Shown one piece after another: positions 40,101-49,308 of a stretch of 64,000 nt of DNA. The notes beneath the pieces were generated by a model, which made no database searches, was not told the origin of the DNA, and worked only from the letters and a program-made list of their open reading frames with translations. The translations under genes were made by a program, and so were the position numbers. The stretch's first letter is position 1; the number at the start of each line of letters is the position of its first letter. Source of the stretch: a virus; the IMG/VR virus record IMGVR_UViG_3300036770_008028, positions 32,001 to 96,000 of that record; one strand, given 5' to 3'.

Positions 40101-43100
40101 CACTGCGCAGCGCAGAAATTTTCAGTCTGGCCGATCTGGGCAAAGAAATCGCGCAGTATGATATTGATGAATACTGGGCCATCCAGCGCAGCCAGTACGG
40201 CGCTACTGCCAATCGTAATTACATAGAACTACAACTCAATGCCGCTTTGCTCAAGAGCGATCCCAGTCTGGTGCAGGTTGTACAACCCCAACAGGTCTCG
40301 CAGGCCGACCAGGCAATTTTATTGCAAAACATCTGGAAAAGCAGTGCACCGTTGAACAGCACTGATATATTCCCTACCACGCTGGTAGCAGCACGTGATG
40401 CATCTTTGCCGTCGGCTGGCTATGTCAATCTTGAAGATGTAAACTTTACCACGTTTGATCTTGACACACTCACTGATATATTGAGCAGGATCGGCAGCAT
40501 CGAACAATTGGCCGTGGGCAGCACTATCTGGGTAGCCAAAAGCAACGCCTACGATTGGAATGTGTATCGAGCCGAGCGAGTTCCTGGAAATATCATCACA
40601 GTCAGTGACAATCTCGATGGCCTTGCTCTCGTGGAGTTCAATCGCCAGCACGGATTGAACACTGGAAATCAACTGGTCATCAGATTCTTCGACGAAGAAA
40701 TTGACGGTGCATATCGCGTGCGCGGTGTCCCCAGCCTTACCAGCCTGTTGATTGATTACCAGTTTGTAGGTGCTCAGACCACAGCTACTGGCCAAGGACT
40801 GGGATTCACTCTGCAGACTGCTCGAGTCGCACAAGCCAGTGACATAGTGGGATTGTCCTACAGCAAATTACTTGTACCAGGCAGCCTTACTTGGGTCGAC
40901 GACATCGGTATCGGCCGCTGGGCCGTGATAGAAAAAACCAATCCGTTTACTCCAGCAGACCAGGTAGATCCTGAACTTCCTGTGGAGAATTCTCGATTTG
41001 GCGCCAGCCTCACACAAGGCTTCCAGAATCTGGCAGCCATGGTTGGCGCACCGGGCTACGCCGGAGATGACAGTGCTCTGTCCGGAGCCAAAGGTGCGGT
41101 CTATACCTATGTCAAGATCGACACTGGTCGTTATGCACAGAACATAATCCTGTTGCTAGAAACTGAAGAAGCTCAAGGATTTGGCAATGCCATGGACATG
41201 GGCGACCAGACCTGGGCCGTGATAGGCGCATCAGCCAGTTGGAGCGGACGCGGTTATGCCGTGATTATATTCAATCCTCCCACCAGCAATGCATTCACTC
41301 AGCATCAGATCTTGCTGAGAGACACAGATGTGCAGGCCGGCGACGAGTTTGGCTACAGCGTGACTATCAGCCAAAATGAACGTTGGCTCTATGTGGGTGC
41401 ACCGGGCAACAACAGAGTTTTCGCCTATGGTCGTGTGGACGTACAAGAACAAAGCGTGCGATATGTCACCGACGGGGAAACCGGTGCCTTTAATTACAAC
41501 AATTCTATCACAGTAGCTGATGGTAGTCAGTTGGTAGTGGTACTCAATAATGTGGTACAGATCCTCAATACCGATTTCACGATAGAAAGTGGCAACGTTG
41601 TTTTCCCAGCGCCACCCCTCACGGGACTACCACTGATAATCACACGTCGCACCACACTGACTCCAGTGGGAGACGGAATAGAAGATACCTATGATCTCAG
41701 TGAGTTATATTCTGCTGATAATATCTATAGTTTTGCGGTCTATCTAGACAATGTGATACAGCGTCCTTACCAAGACTATACTTTCGACAGCAATACCAAA
41801 GAATTGGTATTTGCAGACCCGCCGGCAAATACCTCGCAGATTTCCATCAGGGCCACTACCTGGTGGCGTCCAGTCGCCGCACTCACTGATGCTGGGGTAG
41901 TCAATGGTGCGAGATTTGGTAACAGTGTCAGCACCACTACAGATGGCCGACAGGTCCTGATCGGAGCACCGTTCCAAGGACAAGCCGACACAGTGTCTGT
42001 GGCAGCAGGATCTTTTTCGATCGGCCTCGATTATCAGATTGAAACAGTGGGCACCACAGATTTTACCTTGATCGGCGCTGCTTCCAACACTGTGGGACTG
42101 GTTTTCACAGCCACAGGAACAGGCACCGGTAACGGCACAGCAGTACGCTATCAGCGACAAGGTTGTACCTATGTGTTTGATCGCTCAGTGGAAAGATTCC
42201 AGATAACCAATGCTTCACAGACTACGTACACCACTGTCGAGAGCTTGACCAATCCGGGTGCTCCGATCAATGTAAAACTCAACGGATCTTTCCTCACAAA
42301 CTCCACAGGCAATCCCAGCGGAGGATTCTCTATCACAGGTGCCAACACCGTGGACATTTCAGTGGATCTTGCTGTGGGAGACATCCTGGAGATAGAAACC
42401 AATCAATTTACTCTATTGCAGGTCATCGAGGACAGCGCACCATTCGAATCGGCCCGCTACGGCACAGTAGTGGATCAATGTATCAATGACTGTAGTCTGT
42501 ATGTCGCTGCGCCTTATGATGGTAGCGTGCTGCCTGAGGCCGGACATGTGCAGTTCTTGCAGAATCAGAGCAGAGTCTATGGCACGACCACTTCTCGTCG
42601 GGCCAATGCTACACTGACTCCGGGAGAATACCTGCGCGTCAATAATACCTATCTGGCAGTGAGCACACCTGCTACCTGGAGTTCTCTGTCAGCGTATGCG
42701 GCTGGAACTTTCGTGCTAGACGGTACAGATCTGTTCCGCGCTGTCATTGCTGTACCGGTAGGCACAGCGATCACCGATCTTGATCACTGGTTACCTACAA
42801 ATTGGGCTGCTGTTCTGTCTCAAGACATCAATGATAGCGGCATCCCCAACGTGTCAGCCAGCCTCACTGACAGCGATGTAGAATTTGAAGGTGATGGAGA
42901 TACCACTGAATTCTCTGTGGGCACAGCCTACTCTGCGGCAGATTCATACACAACTTTGGTTTATGTTGACAATGTGATACAAGCTTCGCCTGGTGACTAT
43001 GTCTACGACAACAATGATGAGACTGTGACATTCTCGACGGCACCCAATCGTGGTTCTACTGTCAGAGTCATAGCTTCGAGACTGATCATATCCGTGATCA

Positions 43101-46100
43101 ACGATGCCGCAGCAATTCCGTTGAGCAAACTCGCAGTGTTACCAGCATCCGATGCCGGCGGTATCGCCTTGTTTGATGATCTCGATTTTGAAACTTATGC
43201 AAGCCAGCAGATTATCCAGAGTCCGGTACCTCAGGCCTATGCGCACTTTGGTGCCGCAGTGTTCATCAGCGATAGCGTGGTTGATCTGGTTGTGGGTGCA
43301 CCGCAGGCCACGGCCTTCAACCCCACTACTTTTGACAATGGTACCACGATATTTGATGCTGCCAGCACCAACTTCTTGGATCCGGTGTCCGAGAGTGGTG
43401 CTGTCTATACGTTTGAGCTGCTGCCCGCAGCCAATGCATCTGTGACCAACCCTGCACAGTGGATATTCGGTCAGCAGTTGTACGATCCGTTGGTAGGCCC
43501 GTTGGACCAGTTTGGTACCGCAGTAGATTACACCACTGGTGTGCTCCTGGTAGGTGCACCAGGAGAGGATGCCGGGGACAGCAATGCCAACTACGGTACA
43601 ATAATAGAATTTAACAATCCTGACCGTCAACCGGCTTGGTCGATCAAGAGACTGCAACAGCCGGTGGTCGATATCGATCTCATGAACACAGTGTTCATGT
43701 ATGATCTCAACACTTCTGGTACCAAACAATATTTTGATTTCTTTGATCCTTTGCAGGGCAAGATCCTGGGCGCAGTACGGCAGAATCTTGATTACATCGG
43801 CGCAGTGGATCCAGCAGCCTACAACGTGGGCGCATTGAACAACTATGGCAATCGATGGGGACAGGATCGTGTGGGTCAAGTCTGGTGGGACACTAACCGT
43901 GCCAGATTCATCGATCCCAATCAAGACGACATAACCTATGCCAGCCGCAGATGGGGACAGCTTTTCCCAGGATCCAGCGTAGAAATATACCAATGGGTCA
44001 GCAGTTCGGTACCTCCTGCACAGTACACAGGCCCAGGAATACCCAAGTACACCGACAGTTATGTGATCACGTCCAACATCAATGAACAAGGTGTATTTGG
44101 AACCACATACTTCTTCTGGGTCAGTGGTATCCGCACTGTGGATCGCACTGCCCGCAAGACCTTGAGCATCGATACGCTCGCACGCTACATCGAGAATCCT
44201 CGCAGCAGCGGTATCGCTTACATCGCTCCCATGAACTCTAGCACTGTGGCCATCTACAATGGTCTAGAATACATCTCTGCGCAAGACACAGTGATACATG
44301 TAGAATACGATCAAACCCCCAATGATGCTGTGGTGCACGTGGAATACCAGTTGGTGGCTCAGGATCGCGGCGACTCATTCTTGACCGACGGGTTGTATCG
44401 CAAACTGCAAGACAGTTTCTGCGGCGTAGATCTAGTGGGAAATCCTGTGCCAGATCCCAGACTGGCACCCAGCGAGCTCTATGGCGTACAGTTCCGTCCT
44501 CGCCAGAGCATGTTTGCCAACAGGTTCTTGGCCTTGGAAAACTATCTAGTAGAAGTCAATCGAGTGATGGCCCAGTACCCCTTGGCAGAAAGTCGCAAGT
44601 TTCCTTTGTTGCTGAGCGAGGATCCAGAGCCAACACCGGGATCTGGCGCATGGAACAAGCGTGTGGCCGACCTGGCAGAACTCAGTTACCAAGATTTGCA
44701 AGCAGTGCCGGTGGGATATCTCTATCTTGTTGGCAATGACAGTGATAACAATGGTCTATGGACCATATACGAAGTACAGTCTGGGACTGTACCCGGAAGC
44801 CGTGTATTGGGGCTGATACGGGTGCAAAGTTATGATACCAAACTTTACTGGAAGTACATCAACTGGTATCAGGCAGATTACAATCCTCTCACAGTGATCA
44901 CGGCCGAAGTCGAGAATTTTGCTGACCTAGCCACTCTCACCCTGCCTGCCGGAAGCACAGTCAAGGTACTGGATAACGCCGCGGGCAAATTTGAAATCTA
45001 TAGACTTGACGCAGATAATTGGGTGCGCGTGGCTCTGCAGGACGGAACCATGGAGATCCTGCCGCAGATATGGGACTACAGCCTGGGACGATTTGGGTTT
45101 GACGTAGAAGTGTTTGATGCACAATACTTCGATCAGGAGCCCGTGACAGAGACACGCAGGATCATCCAGAGCATCAATCAAGAAATATTCATCGACGATC
45201 TTGAAATCGAGCGTAACCGTCTCTTGATCCTGATGTTCAACTTCATCCTGAATGAACAGATCGCACCGATATGGTTGACCAAGACCAGCCTCATCGATGT
45301 GAATCACACTGTGCGACGCCTGGAACCATTCCAGATCTATCGACAAGACAATCAAGACTTTGTGCTGAATTACATACAAGAAGTCAAACCCTATCATACC
45401 CAGATCAGAGAATTCAATCTAATCTACAGTGGTGACGATGTATGGGATGGTACAGTCACAGATTTTGACGTGCCTGCCTATTACAACACCACAGAGCGTA
45501 TGTTTGTGAGTCCGGTGTTGGACGATACCGGAACACTGAGCACCACATCTAGCACACCCAGCACCAGTGCAATTTGGCAGACCTTGCCTTGGAGCCAGTG
45601 GTATCAGAATTATCTCTTGAGCATAGCGTCAGTCACAGTGATCGATGGAGGATCTGGTTACACTGTTCCGCCCGAAGTGATAGTGACCGGAGAAGCCGAG
45701 CGTCCAGCCATCATGCAAGCACGAATCAACACCGCGGGCGCAGTGGTCGGAATCGACGTGATCGATCCTGGCCTAGGATACCTGACCACTGCGCTGATTT
45801 CTTTTGATGGAGGCAACGGTACCGGAGCCCGAGCAGTGGCAGTGATGCAGAACCAATTGGTGCGTGATTTCGCTGTGACGATCAGGTATGATCGATATGA
45901 GTATCAGTCCACGATCCGCGAATGGCAACCCAACGAAAACTATGACAATGGCACACAGGTGCGCTATCTAGACCGTGTTTGGGCAGCCAGCAGCGATGAC
46001 AGCACCGGAGTACAGAGTGCTACATTTGATCCAGATCAGTGGACACTGGTCAATGCTGCCACACTGAGTGGTGCAGATCGCACCATGGGATTCTACGCAC

Positions 46101-48478
46101 CTGGACCAAACGAGCCCGGGCTAGATCTAGCCCAATTGATATCCGGAGTAGACTACCCGGGTGTGCAGGTATCGGCACCCACCTTCAGTCAGAACACAGG
46201 CTTTGATGTGGGCAATTTTGACATCAACCCGTTTGACAACATCTCCATTGGGCCAGAAGGTCGTCCCACTTATGACCCTGCGATCTTGGATGCGATCTAT
46301 GAGAGCGAATTCACTGATCCTTATCTAGGCACCTTGCCGGCACCGGCCTACGCCGGCGATCCTCCCAACGGCGGCCCAAATCCCATCGTGGTAAGCGGTG
46401 GTGCCTTTGTCGACACTTATTCGAGCCATGCGCCAGAAGAACTGGTTCCGGGCGCTATATTTGATACCTTGGACTTCCGCGTGTTCACTACGCCGGGTTC
46501 GGATTGGACCCAAGACGGTCACGGGTACGATCAAGTAGATATCATCTACACCTACGATACAGAAAACAATACCTACAGTTGGGCTGATCTGGTAGATTAT
46601 CCTGTGGTCATTGGTGTGTGGAACGGCACACAAGGTCTGCAGTTAGATCTCGGAGCGGACTACACTGTGGATTGGGTGGCACAGACAGTGACCGTGACTT
46701 CGGGTGCGCTCAACGGCGATTTGATCTTGATCGCTGCTTATAATCTTGGTGGTGGCAATCAGATTTTCCGTAACAGTTACACCGGAACAGATCTTAGCAA
46801 CAACACCCTGGTCATACCGGTGCAAGACATGCTGATAGAAGAATTGGTAATCTTCGTCAATGGTTCTCCTGTTTCTGGATTTTCGTCAGCACCTTATCAG
46901 ACTTTTGAAACTGTCATAACTTTCTCATCATCCTATGGCGCCGCCGACGCTATCACTGTGATAGCCTTGGGTTCCGTAGACGATAGTTTGCCGTATTCGT
47001 GGAGCACTCCGGTCACTCAATACGCCGTGGCCACAGGTTCTTCTCTGGCATTTACCCTGACCAACAGCCTGCAGGGCACCAATCCGGCCAATCTCATAGT
47101 GTGCAAAAACGGCACACGAGCCCGGCCCGCCGAAGGTGTAGAGTATCTGTCGGATGGATCTAGTCTGCAATACTATCTACCAAATCGCGGCGGATATAAC
47201 CAGGGTCTGATCGCTGACAACGAAGTCAGTATCTATATCAACAACGAACCATTGATATTAGGGGTCCAGTTTTTTGTTGATCCTTTTGTATCAGGATCTG
47301 ATCGTACCATCACTCTGGCCGAGTTACCTCCAGTAGGCGCTGTGATCTTGATATCCGTGAATCACGCCGCTGATTATTATGTCAGCGGTGATACCTTGAT
47401 CTGGAGACCCACCAGTGGACTATTGCCTATCGCTGGCGATATCATCAGCATTACCTCATTCAATGATACCAGCCAGCAGGAACTGCTGACACAGGTGTTC
47501 CAAGGACCAACTACCACAGGAATCGTGGTCGGCCAAGGTTATGATACCACAGTCTACGACGAAGGCAATATCAGCGGAGATCCTGGAAGTTTTGATTACT
47601 CCGAAGGCTCGGCTATCCAGACCAATGCTTTTGATACCGGTCGCCCGATAGAAAATCCCAGTCGCCTTACTGTGACGCTGGATGGTCGCTTCCAGGTCGA
47701 AGGAGAAGATTTTATTGTCGATGGAACCGCTGTAGTGATATTGGGACCGATCATAAACGCAGCGCAGGTCGTGGCCATCACCAGTGTGACCCAGAGCATA
47801 CTGCCAGGTGAAATAGCATTCCGTATATTCCAGGATATGCGTGGTACACAGACCACTTATCGCATCACCGCTGCATCGACCACTGCGTTGACACAGATCC
47901 TCCGCCCACAAGATGATACTATCTACGTGGCAGATGCCAGCAGCCTCAGCGAACCCAATCTAGAACAAGGCCTGTTTGGTCTGATCACGATCAACGGAGA
48001 ACGCATCGCCTATCGTAACAGAGACACCACTAACAATACCTTGAGCGGATTAAGGCGTGGTACCGCAGGAACCGGTGCCGCTGAGCACGCCGCAGGAACC
48101 GCAGTTTATGACATTGGAATAGGTAATCTGTTACCAGAAGCATACCAAGATCGCACGGTGAAAGAGGATTTCTTAGCCGATGGTTCCGAGACTACGTTTA
48201 TTGCTTCGGGGGTTCCTGTGTCTTCACTCACGCTTGCGCAGGCACAGGAAGCGGTACAGGTATTTGTGGGAGGAATCTTGCAACTGGGTGGATACACTAT
48301 AACTGCCAATGATCCGTTGACCGTGGTGTTTGATCGTGCTCCAACCAATGGATATCAGGTGACTGTGCTGGTACAACAAGGATTGAGTTGGTACGAGCCC
48401 GGAATAGGTACTGCAAGCAATGGTATCGCCCTGCAAGAAACTGATACTGCTGCTGCTAGGTTTATCCGGGGTACTTGA
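34172..48478 (+). CDS. Giant baseplate wedge/adhesin protein (gp7-like, 4768 aa)
   Basis: Uninterrupted 14.3-kb ORF directly after gp6; LLPEIFRT N-terminus, YIQEVKPYHT motif, FG-GAP-like repeats, GDG..F beta modules, GSGY repeats. Confidence 0.8.
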   Translation: MARRRTVDLLPEIFRTETNRQFLSATLDQLAQEPNLKRTQGYVGRRVGPGVNPADNYVAESTAARADYQLEPGVVFFRPETTTATDAITYPGMIDALALQGANTDRQDRLFQSQYYSWDPFCDLDKFTNYSQYYWLPEGPDSVDVSSAFYPTTDSWEVTRSGGAYQFSDEAGNNPVITLVRGGNYTFDVSQTGNPFWIQAAPGIAGTMPGTPNISSRNVLGVINNGEDLGTVTFNVPLKTAQNFFYGLTDIGTVDLITDIKFNEINNIYVSEFLQRYPDGIDGITNLNNRTVVFTNRIENAQDGGWQITTQFDPLLREQPPEIITNGLPGSFDTTLFDQTTDIATQAQRYSIWQIQYILDNDGQPFMRLGSIRPVPNLNKFSIAFGTEFSSTQWYKNAEGFFERIPLLTAVLDTLYYQDGTDPTIFGRIQLVDQSENNPINIDDIIGAKNYISPNGVVFTNGLKVQFRGLTEPARYQDLEYYVEGVGTGPGIDSRVGFIDGEAYFGAYHTVGTQKVTGATQSTEFFQQYIYDTVEESLLNIGAGTPAGAPLPPDGILNATVGNGIKLLPVSSFVTPETYTRSLSTPYDSTPYDATPYDDTLNAPIIPDYITINRASRDLNPWTRSNRWFHRDVIQATADYNNQIPIFDNDARGKRPIIEFRNNLKLFNFGTQAKIPVNIVDFQETDALSNINGQLGYGVDGYNFIDGSLVIFAADIDPDVRNRIYRVEFIDPDGTDASPRIINLETVFQGEALVNQTVVSLSGTTQQGLSYWFDGSNWIPTQQKTGVNQAPLFDVYDITGHSLSDQTVYPSSTFAGSRLFGYAVGGTQRSDEVLGFALQFLNINNVGDIVFENYFYTDTFLYVRNSVSQTEPISIGFVRQYVDRTSFSDLIGWQRAAAENRSRQVFRFIYDDTPLVLDIPVDETAVYAPLQVFQGTTFLDPDQYTYVISDNATVITITDPPETGTIIEVQVISNETSGVGFYQVPLNLENNPLNENSERFTLGTIRTHYQSIGQNLRDIRGDIDGPNNSRDLGNILPYGDNIVQHSSPLALSGVFLRRQQYEVISAIEFNSREYQKYKALLIDLAGKGDFVNNTPTQVLDTVMTEIALTRSDVSPFYWSDMVPFGQNYTETVYTFSAISTSTFDTRQTYDYTQSNFQGLNVYLNGRILTRGYDYETGIDSPTVTITVPLTVGDVISIREFAVTYGNFVPNTPTKMGLYGAYRPQKFLDETYVTPTEVIQGHDGSITVAFGDYRDDVLLEFETRIFNNIKITSSIPLTQDEIIPGQWRQTDYTLQEITNILAPDFLSWVGWNKLDYTAQTYVSDNGFTWNYSQSANKIDQQPLLGAWRGIYNYYYDTTTPNTTPWEMLGFSEKPNWWEDYYGPAPYTSGNLVLWEDLANGLVRDPDGEYVIPLFRRPDLLQVIPSGSEGALLPPIDVATGNYDATSFRRSWVFGDDGPVENVWRTSSAWPFAVMRLLALTKPAKFFSLFADRDRYVFDPNLDQYLWDGRYRLDAKQLTPLYGEAIDGQATSKASYINWIIDYNRQRGTNSTVSLTETLNNIGVRLCWRVGGFTDKRYLKLFTERSTPNSLNTSLLLPDESYQILLYKNQPFRQSVFSSVVVQSTDTGWQVYGYSTTRPYFNVLASRPNGNFTVITAGGQTVRVALDHSDDVVQVPYGYTFTSLTAVCDFLYSYGLLLEQQGFVFDTRENGYIMNWLQMAQEFLYWANQGWAPGSIINLNPGATRVSISQPFSVVDSLAELRPENLILNQNRQPLPSGNLVIERLENKFQVTSLTSDTINFLNLNFTAFEHLVIIDNVTVFADLIYEPVTGARQSRILVSGAISGDWNGTVDAPGFVLNEDNIQEWRPNQQYSKGEIVLFKNEYWSASEIIQPSQEFDYTLWVKSDYDQIQTGLLPNAANASDQLASAYSIYDAALDQEVDLFSFGLIGFRPREYMQALNLDDVSQVGLYQQFLGSKGTLRSAEIFSLADLGKEIAQYDIDEYWAIQRSQYGATANRNYIELQLNAALLKSDPSLVQVVQPQQVSQADQAILLQNIWKSSAPLNSTDIFPTTLVAARDASLPSAGYVNLEDVNFTTFDLDTLTDILSRIGSIEQLAVGSTIWVAKSNAYDWNVYRAERVPGNIITVSDNLDGLALVEFNRQHGLNTGNQLVIRFFDEEIDGAYRVRGVPSLTSLLIDYQFVGAQTTATGQGLGFTLQTARVAQASDIVGLSYSKLLVPGSLTWVDDIGIGRWAVIEKTNPFTPADQVDPELPVENSRFGASLTQGFQNLAAMVGAPGYAGDDSALSGAKGAVYTYVKIDTGRYAQNIILLLETEEAQGFGNAMDMGDQTWAVIGASASWSGRGYAVIIFNPPTSNAFTQHQILLRDTDVQAGDEFGYSVTISQNERWLYVGAPGNNRVFAYGRVDVQEQSVRYVTDGETGAFNYNNSITVADGSQLVVVLNNVVQILNTDFTIESGNVVFPAPPLTGLPLIITRRTTLTPVGDGIEDTYDLSELYSADNIYSFAVYLDNVIQRPYQDYTFDSNTKELVFADPPANTSQISIRATTWWRPVAALTDAGVVNGARFGNSVSTTTDGRQVLIGAPFQGQADTVSVAAGSFSIGLDYQIETVGTTDFTLIGAASNTVGLVFTATGTGTGNGTAVRYQRQGCTYVFDRSVERFQITNASQTTYTTVESLTNPGAPINVKLNGSFLTNSTGNPSGGFSITGANTVDISVDLAVGDILEIETNQFTLLQVIEDSAPFESARYGTVVDQCINDCSLYVAAPYDGSVLPEAGHVQFLQNQSRVYGTTTSRRANATLTPGEYLRVNNTYLAVSTPATWSSLSAYAAGTFVLDGTDLFRAVIAVPVGTAITDLDHWLPTNWAAVLSQDINDSGIPNVSASLTDSDVEFEGDGDTTEFSVGTAYSAADSYTTLVYVDNVIQASPGDYVYDNNDETVTFSTAPNRGSTVRVIASRLIISVINDAAAIPLSKLAVLPASDAGGIALFDDLDFETYASQQIIQSPVPQAYAHFGAAVFISDSVVDLVVGAPQATAFNPTTFDNGTTIFDAASTNFLDPVSESGAVYTFELLPAANASVTNPAQWIFGQQLYDPLVGPLDQFGTAVDYTTGVLLVGAPGEDAGDSNANYGTIIEFNNPDRQPAWSIKRLQQPVVDIDLMNTVFMYDLNTSGTKQYFDFFDPLQGKILGAVRQNLDYIGAVDPAAYNVGALNNYGNRWGQDRVGQVWWDTNRARFIDPNQDDITYASRRWGQLFPGSSVEIYQWVSSSVPPAQYTGPGIPKYTDSYVITSNINEQGVFGTTYFFWVSGIRTVDRTARKTLSIDTLARYIENPRSSGIAYIAPMNSSTVAIYNGLEYISAQDTVIHVEYDQTPNDAVVHVEYQLVAQDRGDSFLTDGLYRKLQDSFCGVDLVGNPVPDPRLAPSELYGVQFRPRQSMFANRFLALENYLVEVNRVMAQYPLAESRKFPLLLSEDPEPTPGSGAWNKRVADLAELSYQDLQAVPVGYLYLVGNDSDNNGLWTIYEVQSGTVPGSRVLGLIRVQSYDTKLYWKYINWYQADYNPLTVITAEVENFADLATLTLPAGSTVKVLDNAAGKFEIYRLDADNWVRVALQDGTMEILPQIWDYSLGRFGFDVEVFDAQYFDQEPVTETRRIIQSINQEIFIDDLEIERNRLLILMFNFILNEQIAPIWLTKTSLIDVNHTVRRLEPFQIYRQDNQDFVLNYIQEVKPYHTQIREFNLIYSGDDVWDGTVTDFDVPAYYNTTERMFVSPVLDDTGTLSTTSSTPSTSAIWQTLPWSQWYQNYLLSIASVTVIDGGSGYTVPPEVIVTGEAERPAIMQARINTAGAVVGIDVIDPGLGYLTTALISFDGGNGTGARAVAVMQNQLVRDFAVTIRYDRYEYQSTIREWQPNENYDNGTQVRYLDRVWAASSDDSTGVQSATFDPDQWTLVNAATLSGADRTMGFYAPGPNEPGLDLAQLISGVDYPGVQVSAPTFSQNTGFDVGNFDINPFDNISIGPEGRPTYDPAILDAIYESEFTDPYLGTLPAPAYAGDPPNGGPNPIVVSGGAFVDTYSSHAPEELVPGAIFDTLDFRVFTTPGSDWTQDGHGYDQVDIIYTYDTENNTYSWADLVDYPVVIGVWNGTQGLQLDLGADYTVDWVAQTVTVTSGALNGDLILIAAYNLGGGNQIFRNSYTGTDLSNNTLVIPVQDMLIEELVIFVNGSPVSGFSSAPYQTFETVITFSSSYGAADAITVIALGSVDDSLPYSWSTPVTQYAVATGSSLAFTLTNSLQGTNPANLIVCKNGTRARPAEGVEYLSDGSSLQYYLPNRGGYNQGLIADNEVSIYINNEPLILGVQFFVDPFVSGSDRTITLAELPPVGAVILISVNHAADYYVSGDTLIWRPTSGLLPIAGDIISITSFNDTSQQELLTQVFQGPTTTGIVVGQGYDTTVYDEGNISGDPGSFDYSEGSAIQTNAFDTGRPIENPSRLTVTLDGRFQVEGEDFIVDGTAVVILGPIINAAQVVAITSVTQSILPGEIAFRIFQDMRGTQTTYRITAASTTALTQILRPQDDTIYVADASSLSEPNLEQGLFGLITINGERIAYRNRDTTNNTLSGLRRGTAGTGAAEHAAGTAVYDIGIGNLLPEAYQDRTVKEDFLADGSETTFIASGVPVSSLTLAQAQEAVQVFVGGILQLGGYTITANDPLTVVFDRAPTNGYQVTVLVQQGLSWYEPGIGTASNGIALQETDTAAARFIRGT

Positions 48479-48495
48479 TCAAGGTAAATAAAGCC

Positions 48496-48654
48496 ATGGA
48501 AGATAAAAATAATCAACCCGATAAAGATGCGTACACAGGTCAGATTGTGAAACCGGCAACTCGGGCCAACGAAAGCGCAGGATTGAACATCGACGAGCAC
48601 CTAAAGATCTTTGATCCGGAGTCTAAACAAGTATGGTTGGAGAAAAGAGCATGA
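48496..48654 (+). CDS. Small 52-aa protein paralogous to the N-terminus of the next gene (absent from the track)
   Basis: MEDKNNQPDK...DEHLKIFDPESKQVWLEKRA; TAAATA 5 nt before the ATG; ATGA overlap with the next gene. Confidence 0.7.
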   Translation: MEDKNNQPDKDAYTGQIVKPATRANESAGLNIDEHLKIFDPESKQVWLEKRA

Positions 48655-49256
48655 TGAGTCTGGGTCCTGTGATGGTCGAAGGTCGTATCAAGATCTTTGA
48701 TCCCAACAGCAAAGAAGTTTTGGTAGAAAAGTCCAATGCTATCCATTATGAAAACATGAGCATCGCACTGGCACAAAGTCTAGCAAACAAAAACATAGGC
48801 TACATCTATGCCATGGCTTTTGGCAACGGTGGTTCCAGCGTGGATCCCACCGGAGTGATCACTTATCTCCCACCCAATGTCACGGGACAAAATGCTGATC
48901 TTTACAATCAGACCTACATCAAAGTGGTAGATGGTAATTCGGCTGCCAACACTGATCCCACACGCAACAATCTCACAGTGCTGCACACTGCAGGCAAGGT
49001 CTACACCGACATACTCGTGACATGTTTGCTGGACTACGGCGAACCGGCCGGGCAGCAGGCCTTTGATAACAGTACCAATTTCAACGGCGAATTTGTTTTT
49101 GATGAACTGGGACTGAAATCATGGGAAGGTGCTTCCGACGATTTGTTGCTGATTACCCATGTGATATTCCACCCGGTGCAGAAAAGCCTAAACAGGCAGA
49201 TACAGATTGACTACACTGTGAGGATCCAGACGCTGACTAACCTCAGCACGACATAA
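48651..49256 (+). CDS. Virion structural protein (baseplate-associated)
   Basis: Start at ATG 48651; FDELGL, LITHVIFHPVQKS, IDYTVRIQ resemble baseplate/fibre attachment domains. Confidence 0.7.
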   Translation: MMSLGPVMVEGRIKIFDPNSKEVLVEKSNAIHYENMSIALAQSLANKNIGYIYAMAFGNGGSSVDPTGVITYLPPNVTGQNADLYNQTYIKVVDGNSAANTDPTRNNLTVLHTAGKVYTDILVTCLLDYGEPAGQQAFDNSTNFNGEFVFDELGLKSWEGASDDLLLITHVIFHPVQKSLNRQIQIDYTVRIQTLTNLSTT

Positions 49257-49308
49257 ATATGTATAGATTATTTGCCCATAAATACCTACAGGATACGGAG
49301 TAACTGAC

